Assembly: GCF_009914755.1 (NCBI RefSeq)
Contig: NC_060928.1
Length of the DNA stretch: 64,000 nt
Source of the DNA: the human T2T-CHM13v2.0 reference genome, Homo sapiens
Strand: one strand, 5' to 3'
Position 1 is the first letter of the stretch. Every line of letters starts with the position of its first letter. The position numbers were made by a program, and so were the translations under genes. Below, one piece after another: positions 42,148 through 56,485 of this stretch. Under the pieces are notes generated by a model, which was not told the DNA's origin, searched no databases, and saw nothing but the letters and a program-made list of their open reading frames with translations.

Positions 42148-44397
42148 AGAAGTATATTCTAGGACTGTGTGATATATCACTTTTGCGATTGGAAAATATT
42201 TAAATTAAGTTCTGCAGATGCGAACTGGGATCTAAGTAGTTTTTATTAGTTGTTCCTTGTCCCTCACTTTCAAAGTTTCTATATTAGTCATCTCTTAATA
42301 TTGGATTATATAAGGGTATACCAGTTCCTACAATTAAATTCATGTCCAAATTATACCTGGAATTTTTAGTGGTAGCTACTTTTGTACTTACTAATCTTAT
42401 ACTGTAGCCTCCTGTTAGATACCCATAATATCATCTTGAATTTCCTGGAGCTTTTACCAATTTTGACTTGGCTTTAAAGAATTGCTATGGCCCTTGAGTG
42501 TTGTACTTGCCAGTCAGAGGGTACCCAACACCGTGAGATATTTACTCAGAAGAGTAAAGATACATAATATCCCCCAAATCTGAAAAGTTACGAGGTTATA
42601 ACCATTTTGTCTCATAAACTCTAGTAACATGTTCTTGACTTCAATTCTGATTGCATATTTTTCTTCTGCTTATATTGAAGATAGTTATAATCAAACCATA
42701 TATAAAATTGAACAGCTTCTTTCCAAGTTACTCTATTTTTCCCCAGTCTTCATTAGTGCATCTGTTACTCATTTTGACTGTAAAAAGAAAAGCATATTCC
42801 ATTGTAGAATAATGTCGTTTTAGGCATTATTCAGAAATCTATGGAAATGCATTTTATGTATCCAAGTTTAAAAAGAAACACCCATTTTGCAGCAAAACAA
42901 ATTTTGGCTAACTTAAAAAAAACTAATATATTAATTTTGTTTCTTACTGGTCACTTAAATTATATGAGTACTTAAGGGGGTGGCACCCTCTTGCTTAAAT
43001 ATGCTCAAATCTGCTTCCTTGATTACACTCACATTCAAAGCAATTTTGCTCATTTTATGAAAAGTGAATTCTAATTTCCCTGTATTGTTTAGTTAAAATA
43101 GTCTTCTACTTAACCTATTTCTTATTCATCCCTAGTATCACAATGCTTTTCTTTTTAATAAACATTATCAAGTGTTCCATGGGGTTCTTTTATTTGTTTA
43201 TTTTCACCTGTTTTAGTATCACTAGTTTCAATAGCAATTTTATTTAATTAGGTTTTTTTAAACAATCACTGTTGAAGGTTACAAGTGTGTAATTTGCTCC
43301 ACTGGGGAAACTAAATCTTTAATACCATTAATCTTTTATATAGGAAGATCATTGTAAAAGTCTGTGATAGCCATTCTTGTCAAAGTGTTTCTAGAATACC
43401 AATACATCCTTGAATCTTGTTTCTCTTTACTTTAATGACCATATTTTTATTTAATGTATTCATGCAAATTGAAAACATAAACCCCAAACGAAAAATATAC
43501 AATTCATGAAAATGCCAACATTCCCATATGCTCAAACAGGCTTCTTTTCTCTAGGCATTGGTTACTTAGAAACTAAACATTACAATACTCCACTAAAGAA
43601 GAAATATAACATTTTAGCAATGTACTACTTTATGAAATCTGATATTTGCATATTGTTAAAAATGCACCTATTACACGTGTATATTAAAAGTTTTCTGTTT
43701 GCAAAAATCAGCTTATTGTATAGTAATTTGTTTGAGTAGAACTAATACTAAAAAGATTTGTTGAAACTTTCTCTTCCCTTGGTTTCCACGTCATTGTTTT
43801 GTCACTTTCTTGCCAACCTTGATGTTTCATTTATCTCAGCTTCATCTTTCAGGTCCTTAAATACATGTGTTCCCTAAGGTCTGCTATTCATTTCTTTGTT
43901 CTTCTCTCTTCACTTTAAGGCTGTTTTCCCCCATCTCACAGAGGTTTAGCAAATTCCTGACAAAGATTTGGCCCCAGCCTCAACTTTTCCCTGAATCTTA
44001 GCCCCTAATTTAAGACTAACTTCTAGGTCAGTCTATTGGAACATTCCTTCATCCTCTCAAATTCAATTTATCCACAGCCAGTTCATATTTTCTTGCACTA
44101 ATGTGACAAAGATGTCACTTATGGCATGGCTAGAATGCTATCACTACAGTAATCAGTGCAGACAGCTGTAAAAGTTAATGAGAGTCATGTGAAGATTACA
44201 TTGAGTAGGAGAAAAACTGAGTGTGACTGTCACACCAAAGGAGTAAGCAGACATAGGCAACTGTTAGGCATATTATAAAGGTTCACCAGCTATAAAGTGG
44301 TAAAGCCTGTAATAAAGGGATGATTTGACTATTATAATATTGAATAAATAAAATGAAGAGGAAAATCAGCAAGATATTTGAGAATTATCTTTGGAAG

Positions 44398-44748
44398 TCT
44401 TATGGGCTGAACCCCCTAAATTCATATGTTGAAGACTTAATCCCGAGAACTTCAGAATGTGACTATATTTAAAGGCAGAGCATTTAAAGTCAACATGCGG
44501 CTTTTAGGGTGGGCCCTAATACAATATGACTTGTGATAAGAAGAGAAACGTTGGATACAAAAGGAGATATCAGGGATGCACAGGCACAGAGAAAAGACCA
44601 TGTAAGGACACAGTGAGAAAGCAGCTGTCTGCAAGCCAATGACATAGATCTTGGACTTCTGGCCTCTATAACTGCAAGAAATAGATTGTTGTTGCTTAAA
44701 CCACCAGTCTGTGCTACTTCGTTGTGGCAACCCTAGTGAACAAATACC
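44398..44748 (+). mobile_element. MLT1A/B-like MaLR solo LTR
   Basis: ttatgggctgaa...aaattcatatgttgaag...gggtgggccctaat...gatcttggacttctggcctc...gcaaccctagtgaacaaatac. Confidence 0.82.
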
Positions 44749-45299
44749 AAAGGCAAAAGCGAAGGAGAGGAGTAGAAGACATTATTGAATGCATTCCATG
44801 GGATCCAGTAGTTTGAACTCACAGAAATGGGATTATTAGCGTTTGGAACTGAACATTATGAAGTCTTTTTTAAAATAATGCTGGTTGCTCATATTGGCAT
44901 TGTTAATTTTGCTCTTCATTAGTAATAAAACACTATTTATTCTATGTATAAAACATAAAAAATGAATATCACACTTTCTCAGTTTTCATTCTAAATGGTC
45001 TTTTCTTGATATTTTCTCAAATTATCTCTCCCTCCCTTATTTCTCTTCTTCTCTCCTCTACCTTCTCTACTCCCATACTCTTATCTCATCTTCTTCTAAG
45101 CCATGTTTCTCAAAATGGTAGTTTATAAAATTAAATCTACATTCCCACTCACTCCCTAGCACCCAGAAACCAGCACATGACTACATCACTATCCCTGCAG
45201 GAACCATATTTATTCTCAGGGATCCATGGCAAAAAGTTTGGACATGAGATCAATTTTGAAGATGAAGGAGGGATATGCAATCCAGCTGTTATCCCTTTC

Positions 45300-46605
45300 C
45301 TGCCTTCACCATTCCAACTGAATTTCTCCTAACAAAGCTAATCAACACCACCTACTTGTGAATGCCAGTTATCACTATCTAATCCATTTTATTGTATTCT
45401 CATGTGCATTTGTAACTCATTATCATTCCCTCCTTCTTTATCCTCTTTACTTTCTCAGATTTTATAATATCATCTTCTCTCGGTTTTGCTCCTACCCTTC
45501 TGACTTTTCTGAATATGTCCCCTTTCTGTGCTTCTCTTTCTTGCAACTATATTTTACATACATTCATCTCATTACACCATCTGGTCCTCAGATCTGTGAT
45601 CTTCTTAATCTGAATCTTCTCTTAGATCATCTCACACATTCTTAATGTCTTGAGCTTTATTATATACTGCTTGTCTCCTTTCTCTTTCTCATCTACATCT
45701 ATATTTTGTCCTAACTTCTTCCCTGATAGCAAATCTATAAGGCAAAATGCTGCTGGACCATTCCTGCTGAATGCACCATGAGCATTTGGGGTACATAGGC
45801 CTGCACTGTATTCCTACATCTGATAATGACTCTACCATCTTCAAAGTCTCTTCATTTCAATACCTTGGAGTCAGGTTACACATAATTAATAAGTCACCAA
45901 ATTCTCAAAAAATTACCTATTTTGAAAAAAATGTATTATTTTCATCTCCAGCTTGATTGCAACTGCAGTAGGTAAGCCCTTGAAGATCTATTGTCCAGAC
46001 TAACACAATAACCTGTAATGGGTCTCTGTAACCCTAACTTGGACTCTTACCTCCATCTTCTATACTGCTATAAGAGAGATGTATTTAAAAATGTACATCT
46101 GCATTTGACACTCCCCTGGTAAAATGTTTCCTGTCATTTATCTTCTCCCAAGGGATACAATTTATACATAATACAATTTACAAGCTTCCTATTATGATGG
46201 CTTACAAGACTGTCCTTGATAAGATCCTTAAATATCCCTTTTGCCTCAATTCCTTACTTTACACTTTATATTCCAGTAACATCAAATTGCTGGAAGTCCC
46301 CCTGATCTTATCAGGCTGTTTCATTCCTCTGTGACTTTGTGCATGCTGCTTTCTCTGCCAGTAAGTCTTTTTTTTCTCTGATTGACTACTTTCCCCTCAG
46401 ACTTCCTGATTTTTTTTCTTTCCAGATTTCTTCAGGGACCTCTTCTTGGTGGATCAGATGATAATTTGTTATGCCGTTGCATAGTTCTACCAAACACAGC
46501 ACATTGGAATAACAAGATACAGATTCTTAGATACAGGTATAGTTTAGCTCCAGTTGCCAATACCTGGCACAAAGTAATTGTACATGTTGATCTGAATTCA
46601 TTCAG
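45300..46605 (+). mobile_element. Degraded L2 LINE
   Basis: Long pyrimidine-rich L2-like tract ending cctggcacaaagtaattg...tgaattcattc; boundaries approximate. Confidence 0.55.
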
Positions 46606-46702
46606 AATTAACTATAAAAAATTACTCACATGCGAATTCTATTTTGGAGGTATACACGAGAGATCTCTGTGGCAGTTATTATTTTTAATATTTCTTACTT
46701 AC

Positions 46703-46770
46703 CATATTAATTGGATCAACTGGTCCAATGCTGTTTACATAAACATCAGTTTCAATTACCGTGGGCCTCA
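46703..46770 (-). CDS. GABRG1: GABRG1 coding exon 3 (68 nt; VRPTVIETDVYVNSIGPVDPINM)
   Basis: Hand translation of minus strand; acceptor ttttgcag|TG, donor ATG|gtaagt; not in ORF track because it is short. Confidence 0.95.
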
Positions 46771-49589
46771 CTGCAAAATATCAACAAAAAGAAAGGTCAA
46801 AGATATGATTAGACATTGTTTTAAATAAATCTTAGTTTTAAAGAAATCTTAATAACTACTTATATATTAACACTTCAATCATAAAACATCTTTTATTATG
46901 AAATGCAGAAATGTAGCCTTTATAAAAAACAATCTTTTTGGTTTGCAAATCAGTCACAGATAATTATATAGAGATAAAGCACATGAGATAATGCAGAAAA
47001 ATGACCTTGTAGACTGAAAGTTTCTGTTATTGTGGCATGTTTTTAGTCATACATGCTCAGTTATCCTTTTCAAACTTCATCTGTTTTTCCTATATGACCG
47101 AGTACTTATCACTCATAATCGCAATGCTATGATTGACCAGGCAAGATGTATTTATTCTTTTAATACACACACAAGTCTGGCAGGCTGAATATCTATTCAG
47201 TCTCAGTCTCCTGGTCTTGGCATTTTTCAATCTGACAGAGCCCTCAAGCTACCAAACTTCAGTGAAAAACTTGAAGCATTTTGTAAAACAATGTCTATCA
47301 AATTTTAGAACAATATTTTACCCCTTGCAATTAAAAATACACTTAATAAAACACACAACACTTACATAGTTTGTTTTTCCTCAAGCAAAAATTTTATTAT
47401 ATTGCATACGTATTTAATAACACAGATTTAATTTTAGTACACAAAACTATGTTTCTAGACCTACACAATACTTGAAAATGCAATTCCATTTGCTAGCCAT
47501 CAATTAGATATCTTAAATAAAAGTAGGTCATATGATTTATAGAAGGTTTTACAATTTAACATAGGCTGATGACTTCTGAGATGAGTTGCTTTAACTGTTT
47601 CTCCTTTGTTTCTGACTAGCTAAGAATTGTAGCCAATAAATATAAAATTAAGCCAGTTATAGTTAGATTTACAGAATGATTTTCATGAAAGTCAATTAAC
47701 AACGAGACAATAGATTTATTAGTTCCATCTGTAAGTACATTTATTACCACTTATAAGTAGTTATAACTGGTATAAACAATATACCATTCTTATATAATAA
47801 GAGATTTTTTTTTTCAGTTAAACTGATAAATCAGCAAACGCCGAGTGCCTACTTTTATTTCACATATTCAAAGCTGAACGTTGTCTACATTGAGAGGGAA
47901 ATTGTTCCTGGGACAATTTTCTTTAGAGGATAAATGTTTTCTACATTTACAATGTCAGAGGTTATAGATATGAGTTAACTGTCTTGGTTTCCTGACATCA
48001 ACATTTCTTAGCCAATTATAAGATAAACATATACATTAGAAAAATAACTCTGGCATTTTAGCATGAGTTACATAGAAGCAGAGATACTGAAGTGTTTTAT
48101 GATGAGCATAGAGCAATTGCACCCAGAATGAGACAAAAGAATAATCATATCAGTAAGTCCAATATTGCTACTAATATAGAAGATACTTAGTTAACAATTG
48201 TTAAATATGTATGTGAAAGCTATGACGAATCTTTTTGAGTTATTCTGTTCACCATTTTGTAAACTTGAGATGCTATTTGATCTGATCCTTGAATCTGCAG
48301 CAGCAACCGACAAAGATGAATAAACCAGGAAGTAGACTAAAATATTTCATATTAATTTTGAAACCACGGCTGGTGATATGCTTTAAAATATAATTAAGAA
48401 AAAAAACCAGAAATCTGTAATTGCTTCTTAATAATGACTCATTGTTGCTTTGATTCATACTATGAACAATACTAATGAGTAATATTACTTAAAATACAGG
48501 CTTTTGGAAATTGACTAAGTACTCTTTCTTAGCACTATGATTTTCTCAATCCAAAGTTTATTCAATTGCAAGATATGAGTGATGTTCAAAAACTAAGACA
48601 TTATATTTTAATTTAAAACTAGAAAAATAAAACTAACAGAAAATTGTCATTCCAGACTCTAAATAACATCTTGAAAGTAAGCACAGACTATGTTTAATTC
48701 ATCAATACACATGGAGATCAAAGATCTCTTTTTTGCAATAGCATAACAATGCATGAGAAAACCATGTACTGCCATGGCAAATCACATATGTATATATAAA
48801 TGTGAAGGCAGGTAGAGATGACACTGGATTATTTTTGCAAGGTTTCTTTCTGTGCTGTTATTTTAAGTACTTTGCTTTAAGTTGCTCAACAGGATGTAAG
48901 TAGATATTCTCCCAGTGGGATTAGAGGTTCAGGGCAATTTAAAGAACATCCAGAAAACAGAAATAGGAAGAAAAGTTTAAAATTTTAAAAAGAAAAAAGC
49001 TGTGTGATCAATAAAGTTTCCACATTCAGATTCCAAGTAGCAAAGGCAATAGTTAGGACAGCCAATTGTAGAGGTGGGTAATTGGTATATCAGTGAGAAA
49101 ATATAAACTACAATAGATTTTAAAAATCTTTTCTTTATAATTGATTTTAACCATGCTTTCTTGGACACACTATTCTAATTTCACTAAGATATCTTTAGCA
49201 GATTATGTAGCTTTTTGGTCACTTTTGTATATTAAAATTAATTTAGTTCAATTAAAAACTCTAATCCTGGAGAGTTTTATAGACTTTTCTTATTGTCACA
49301 GAATAGGCCTTAAAAAAGAGAAATAGTCCCACTTATTCAGATATTGCAGTTATCACACATAATTTTTTTTCTTTATTTTATGTTATATAAATTTTACTTC
49401 AAATTTAAATATTTCATTTCACCAAGTATATTATTGTTTGTAAATGATATAGGTACAATTCCAAGAAAGCAAGCAACCACCTAGTGTGAATACTCTTACA
49501 CAACTGATTGCTTTTGGACTCTCTTCTGGTCCTTGCCCATATACAGGTTTATTTTTATCAACCTACTCAAATTTCTATGAATATTTTCT

Positions 49590-49674
49590 TTTATTGTGAA
49601 AGCAAGTTTTTGTTTTGTTTTGTTTTTAGAAAGCAAAGGAATAAAAGAATGGCTACTCCATAGGCAGAGCAGCC
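49590..49674 (-). mobile_element. Short ERV1 LTR (MER41-like) R-region fragment with A-tail and TSD
   Basis: Minus strand ggctgctctgcctatggagtagccattcttttattccttt...aaacttgctttcac; flanks tctatgaatattttct / tctatgatgattttct. Confidence 0.7.
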
Positions 49675-50629
49675 TCTATGATGATTTTCTGAAAGTTTAT
49701 TCAGGGAGTCAACTGTTTTTACCTGCAAATAATTGTTTCTCATAAATGTACCAACTGTTTTATTCAACCGATACATTCATGAGAGATATGAGCGTATAAT
49801 TTTTTTTTCTTGTAATATCCCTGTCTGGTTTAGTTATCAGGATTTTGCTGGTTTAGTGAAATGAGTTGAGTATCCTTTCTCTATTTTTTTTAAAGAATTT
49901 GTGTAAGACTTATAGTAGTTCTTTCTTCTATATGTGGTGAAATTCACTAGTAAAGCAACAAAAATGTAATATTATTTCTGAACTGAATCATCCTTCTGTG
50001 AATACGTTATTGAGACAATTGGGAAGTGGGGCCAAGTATTCACTGGTAGTAATATATCAATATTATCTTCCTGGTTTTCATTATTGTGTCATGCTTATAT
50101 AAGGTTGAAATAATATAAGTATATTCTAGGACCACAACAAAGTTAAAATAGAAGTCATTAATAAAAAAGATATCTTTAAAAATCCCTAAATATTTAGAAA
50201 TTAAATAACATTTAAAAAATAATCCATGAATCAGGAAAAAGTCAGGAGGAGATAAATTTTTCAATAGTAAATAAAAATGAAAATAATGTTACAAGTTATA
50301 AAATTGAGAAAAATAAAATATCGATCTAGTTAACAGAAAACCTATAGTTATTAAATGGTAGAGCTTATAAACATGTCCCAAGAAGGAAAACTCCAGGTCC
50401 ATACCACATATAGACTTTGAAATAATTATGATTAACATGTTCCAGTTTCCCTAGACTATACAGCAGAAGTCTTTGACCCAAAGATAGATACCAAGCTCGA
50501 GTTTAGATACTTCTTGTGAGACCTTAATTAACAAGGAAATGTCAAACACCACTTGACAATCAACCTTTCCAGGTTACATTTAGATATATGTGGATGAAAA
50601 GGTACATAGGGATAAGTAGATTCTTAAGG

Positions 50630-50835
50630 CTGAGCTGTCTAATACTGTAGCCAGTAGAAACATATGGCTGTTTAAATTTAAATAGAAATTAATTGCATTT
50701 AAATGAAATAAAAATATTTCTTAACCACACTAATCACATTTCAAGTACAGAACAGCCACTTGTGGCCAGTGCTTCCAAAAATGGTCAATACAGAACAACA
50801 TTTCTATCATTTCAGTAAGTTTTAATGAACAATGT
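50630..50835 (-). mobile_element. MER3/MER33-like hAT MITE
   Basis: gctgtctaatactgtagccagtag...cacatttcaagtacagaacagccacttgtggccagtg...tttctatcatttcagtaagtttta. Confidence 0.72.
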
Positions 50836-50839
50836 TCAC

Positions 50840-51420
50840 CAGTGGTTCTCAATGAGAACACCATGTCGCCTGTAAATTATTTTGAAAATTTCTGGGCAGC
50901 TGTTTGTGTTCGTCACAAAAATTGGGATTGTTAGTAGTAGTGTTTAGTGGATGAAGTGCTTGAACTTCATAAAACAGTCATATGTAATGAAAAATTGTCC
51001 CACATTTAACAAGATTTTGAATATCCTGTCTAGCATTCATATAGGTAAAACAGTATGCCTTATAGTCTGAACCTAGAAGATAAGTTTTTTTACACATAAA
51101 CACAAAGTATTTCTGTGTTTGCTAGGAATTCCTGAAAAATAAAACACAGAAATATGGTATTTATTTTGTTCTGAATTTTACAAAATGTTGTACACCATTT
51201 TAGATAGCCATATCACCAATCACAATGTTGCTCATAGTACTGGAGTCACTGATAAGACACATTTGTATCTCTTAACTTGCGCAGGCTTTCCAATATGCAG
51301 TCATTCTGTGTATAAATGCAAGCATCTGGAAGCTTCATAATTTCTTTCAGTGTAGTTAAACCTGAGCATTCGCATATAGAATGCCAAATATTTCATTATA
51401 AATTACTTTTCGCACCTTAC
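50840..51420. mobile_element. hAT-Charlie element (MER20B-like)
   Basis: Starts cagtggttctcaa; ...tgtaatgaaaaattgtcccaca; far end approximate. Confidence 0.5.
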
Positions 51421-51456
51421 AATACAGGCATGGTATAGTGTATATCCCACTATAAA

Positions 51457-51458
<2 letters not shown>

Positions 51459-51492
<34 letters not shown>

Positions 51493-51515
51493 CATATATC
51501 TATATTTAAATGGCA

Positions 51516-51574
<59 letters not shown>
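51459..51574. repeat. (AC)16 followed after 25 nt by interrupted (TG)~29
   Basis: Direct reading. Confidence 0.92.
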
Positions 51575-51576
<2 letters not shown>

Positions 51577-52410
51577 TCCCAAGAATGTCTTCTCAGGAAA
51601 ATTGAAGGCTGGTTTCTCATTCTCTACTTAAATATATGTTTAGGCAGCAGACTTGGCAACCTGCTCTTGCTCCCATACCTGATCAGGGAAAAGGAAAAAT
51701 AGAAGTGATAGGACTTAAAGAAGAAAAAGCAGAGGAAGAGCTGCACACCTACTCTTTAGCACTTTTAGGATATTTTATTTTCTTGTGGGTATAAAGCACG
51801 CCAAAAGAAAATAACTTGGTTAGCAGCGTCTCACAGGTTTTTTGACCTCAAGAGAGTTGTGCATCAGCAGCACATATCTTCAGACTAGATTGCTGATGAA
51901 AGGAGTTAAGGCAGGTGGAAGATACAGAAGAGCATCCAGATTTCCCAAGCCAGGGAATTGAGCCATATAAAATGCCTATGAAAAACAACAAAAAATTATT
52001 TATACCTCCTAACCATAAAAGTCATTATTTATACGTCAAGCCTTTAACTTACACCTAAGGCCACTTGATGTTACCCCAAAAAGAAGTAACAAGTAACAAG
52101 ACTAAGGTTGCAACTATGCCCAGTTAAAACGTAGACCAATCTTCTTTATATCTCCCCCATGTCCCCATCGCTAGAAACATAGAAGAGATAAAGAGATGGA
52201 ATAAAACAACAAGCCACACTACTCCCTTTCTTACCATCCTCTTACCCCCACAGTGTCACCCTAGTGGTGCTTGTCTTACCTGTGTCTCAAGAGAGGATGT
52301 CTTTTAATCTGGATATTAAATTTTTATATTAGGTTGAACTATTTAAATAACTGAAACTGTTTGGAAAGTCATAGAATCTACTTGTAAAGTTGTTAAGAAG
52401 TAGGAAAATA

Positions 52411-52706
52411 GGCTAGGCATGGTGGCTTATGCCAGTAATCCCAGCACTTTGGGAGGCTGGGGCAGGCAGATCGCTTGAGCTCAGGAGTTTGAGATCAGCC
52501 TGGGCAACATGGTGAAACCCTGTCTCTACAAAAAATACAGCAATTAGCTGTGCGGGGTGTGGCACGCTTGTAGTACCAATTACTCAGCAGGCTGAGGTGG
52601 AGGGATCAGCTAAGCCCCAGGAGGTTGAAGCTGCAGTGAGCTATGATCACACCACTGCACTCCAGCCTGGATGACAGCATGAGACCATGCCTCAAAAAAA
52701 TAAAAA
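52411..52706 (+). mobile_element. AluJ-type SINE with TSD taggaaaata
   Basis: ggctaggcatggtggcttatgcc...gatcgcttgagctcaggagtttgag...; TSD at 52401-52410 and 52709-52718. Confidence 0.92.
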
Positions 52707-53662
52707 CATAGGAAAATAATATTTATCATAAAGCAATGGAAGCTTAACTGGATGAACAAAACCTTTCTATGTTAATTCTCCATTAAGTTCAGAAGACCTC
52801 AATAAGTTGGTTTTATAAGTTTTCATAGCATCACCAAAGACAAAGGGTACTAAAACATATTTTGGACAGAAAGCGATACATACAAAAATTACTTCAACAA
52901 TTAAGTCACCTATGATGTAGTCAGATGCACAGAAAAAAATGCTACTATTCATGATACAGTTATCAAGGTATCCAGGACATATTTAACCTAATGTATTAAA
53001 CACAGTGATGCTATCACAATTGTATATAAAATTTGAGCATTCATAGCTTGATCTGAAATAAATGTACCTAAAATGCAAAACTCATGGAGTAGGGCAACTA
53101 TCAAAATACCTACACATGGACTAAAAAAGACTATATACAATGGATTCTATTCTACAAATACTTGGTAAATATTAAGAGAACCTAGTTTATATTTTAAGCA
53201 TTGATTTAGCAATTAGGAATATAGTGATTTATAGTTTTAGGGAACTATATATAGTTCTCTATATATAGAGAAAACAGACACAAAATAATAATAGTAAAGT
53301 ATAAGGAGTAAAACAGAAATACAGACTCTGATGCTTCCTTTGTGGTTTAATTGATATCAAAATATCCAACCCAATAAAGAAAACTATAAATTTTTTTTAA
53401 ATAAACACACACAGATGGTGAAGAAAGCAGAGCAAATCAGATAGCCAGAATTTGATGTAACAATTCCCTGAAGATAATGAAAATGACGTGAGTTCTACAT
53501 TACTCTTTGGCCACTTCTTCCCCTTGGTATATTTGCTGTTTGACAGCACAGCAATAGTGACTGAACAGAACAGAGCAGCTTAGAGCTTTTAGATCTTTTA
53601 TTTGGCTGGAGAGACAAAACTTCGAATTAAGGGCTATCAGGACAGCTAGGACTTCCCTGGAA

Positions 53663-53676
53663 TACACACACACACA

Positions 53677-53725
<49 letters not shown>
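53663..53725. repeat. (AC)n microsatellite, ~31 units, one interruption
   Basis: Direct reading. Confidence 0.9.
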
Positions 53726-53729
<4 letters not shown>

Positions 53730-55509
53730 TTTAATCGGACATTCTACATGGGATTTCCCCTCAAGGCATTTGCTGTTTCCTAAATTGTACGTATGTGATG
53801 TTGACAAACCAAATATAAGCAGCTCCTAAGCATCTAAAACAACAGGAAGAGAGTTGAGCTATTTTAGGGATGTCTGACTAACAAAGGAGAGAGGATCCTG
53901 GTACAAACCTCAGGCTGTCAGTCCAGACATCTCAAATGGTTGGTCTTAGGCAAAATAAAAGCTTTACCAAGGAAATTACGCTAGTTCTGACCAAATGACA
54001 GTGATTTTCTTTACTCAACCTGACTATCGAAACAAAATTAAGTCCTCTCTGGAATAAAATAATATCATGTAGAATCTCCATTATTTTTCACATACCCTAC
54101 TCGCATTCAACACAAAATTAAGACACATTCCATGAAATACAACCACATAACCTTAAACAGAGAGAAACAATGGAAAAGAAAATTTTAAAAAGTTACTCAA
54201 GTTATCAAGACATCGTAATGATCAAAGATTTTAAAATAACTTCTGTTAATAAATATAAGAAAATAGAAGAAAAGATTGCAAATATTATAGTATACCTGAA
54301 ATTGATTTAAAAATCAGGTGTAAATACTACCAGTGAGAAACATTGAACGGGAAATTAGGTCGGTAATAAAGAGCAGATTGGAACACAAATAGGGAGAAAA
54401 TTATAGAAGAGCGTATGAGATGTAAAGACATAGCAGAGGTCAAACATACCCGCAAGTGGAGTTGCAGAGAAATTGAGACAGAAGAAAAATGTCTGATGAA
54501 ATACAGGCCGAGAATTTCAAAAGCAGCTATGTTTCAACCCACAGATTCAAGAAGCTCTGTAAACTCCTCAATATAAATATGAAAACAAAGCAAATCTAGG
54601 GACACTAAAATAAAATGGTAGAAAATCAAAGACTAAGAAAATGTTAAAATTGTCCAGAGATAAAATACATTTTATCTTCAAAATAGCACGATTAATGTTG
54701 AAATGTGACTTTTCAACAGAAATAGTAAAAGTCAGGAGAAAATTGAGTGATATTTATGAAGTTTGGAAAGGAAATAACAGGGTTTCCATATCGATTGGAA
54801 ATATTCAAAATGAAGGCAATACAAAATAATTTTCATATAAAACTGAAATACTCCATTTCGAGAGACTTGCACCAAAAGAAATACTGCAGAGAATATATTT
54901 CTAAATGGAAATAGGGTATTTAAGAAAGGAATTAACACCAGAAATGATAATTTATTGGTATAAGTTAATTGTTTTTAAACACCTTAAAACAATAATAATC
55001 ATGTCTTTTGGTATTTCAGATAAATATAGAATAAAACATATGGACATAATAGCAAAATGACACTGTAGTTTATGGAAAAAGGTTTGAAATTTCTTTGAAT
55101 TATGATAAACTTACTGATTTATGATTAAATCTAATAAAGTGCATATTTTACTGACTAAAATTTATAAATGAATATGTGTACAATGCAATGATAGAAGGAT
55201 AAAATAAAACTGCAAATATTTAATGAATTCAAAAAAGGAAAGAACAGAGAAAAATATAAGCAATAGAGAACAAATTAAATAGCTTAACAAAACAGAAAAC
55301 AATAGAAAGGTAGTCGATTTAACACAAAATATTCAATAATTACCTTAAACATATCTGCATTAACCACTCCATTTAAAAGAAAATAATTGCCAGACTTGAT
55401 AATTAGGAAATAGGAACAATATACATATTTCCTAAAAAAAATTACTTAATGAAGGACACAAAAATACTGAAAACTAAAGTATGAAAAAAAGATATTAAAA
55501 AATCAAATT

Positions 55510-55825
<316 letters not shown>

Positions 55826-55959
55826 TCATAACTCAAAGAAAACACATATAGATATATAATATCAATCAAATTAAATGTTATAGCAAAATGTATTCTACAG
55901 ACCAGAAAGATTGTTTCCTAATGATAAAACTGCTATTCAACAGAAGGTGTAACCATCGC

Positions 55960-56485
55960 AAAGAAAATTTGGTATATGTATACAATTGAGTACCATTCAT
56001 CCACAAAAAAAAGGATAAGATTCTGTCATTTGCAACAACATGGATAGAACTGATGACATTATGTTAAGTGAAATAAACCAGGCACAGAAAAACAAAAGTC
56101 ACATGTTCTCACTCATTTGTAGGGGTTGAAAATCAAAACAATTGAACTCATAGAGTTAGAATAGAATGATGGTTACCAGAGGGTAGTGAGGTAGGGGAGT
56201 GGGGATGGTTAATGTGTATGCAAATATAGTCAGATACAATAAATAATATCTATTATTTGATAGCATAGCAGGGTGACTACAGTCAATAATAATATATCAT
56301 ACATTTAAAAATAACCAAAAGAGTATAACTGGAATGTTCATACCAAAAAGAAATGATAAATACTCGAGGTGACTACCCCATTTATCCTGATGTGATTATT
56401 ACACATTCTATGTGTATATAAAAATACCTCATGTACCCCATAAATATATACATCCACTATGTATCCATAAAAATAAAAGTAAAAC
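55960..56485 (+). mobile_element. L1MA 3' end
   Basis: gtcatttgcaacaacatggatagaactg...gatagcatagcagggtgactacagtc...atgtaccccataaatatatacatccactatgt. Confidence 0.85.

Noticed and set aside
46382-46828. 148-aa plus-strand ORF overlapping exon 3
   Set aside because: Antisense to GABRG1, begins in L2-derived sequence at a non-ATG codon, no recognisable protein features.
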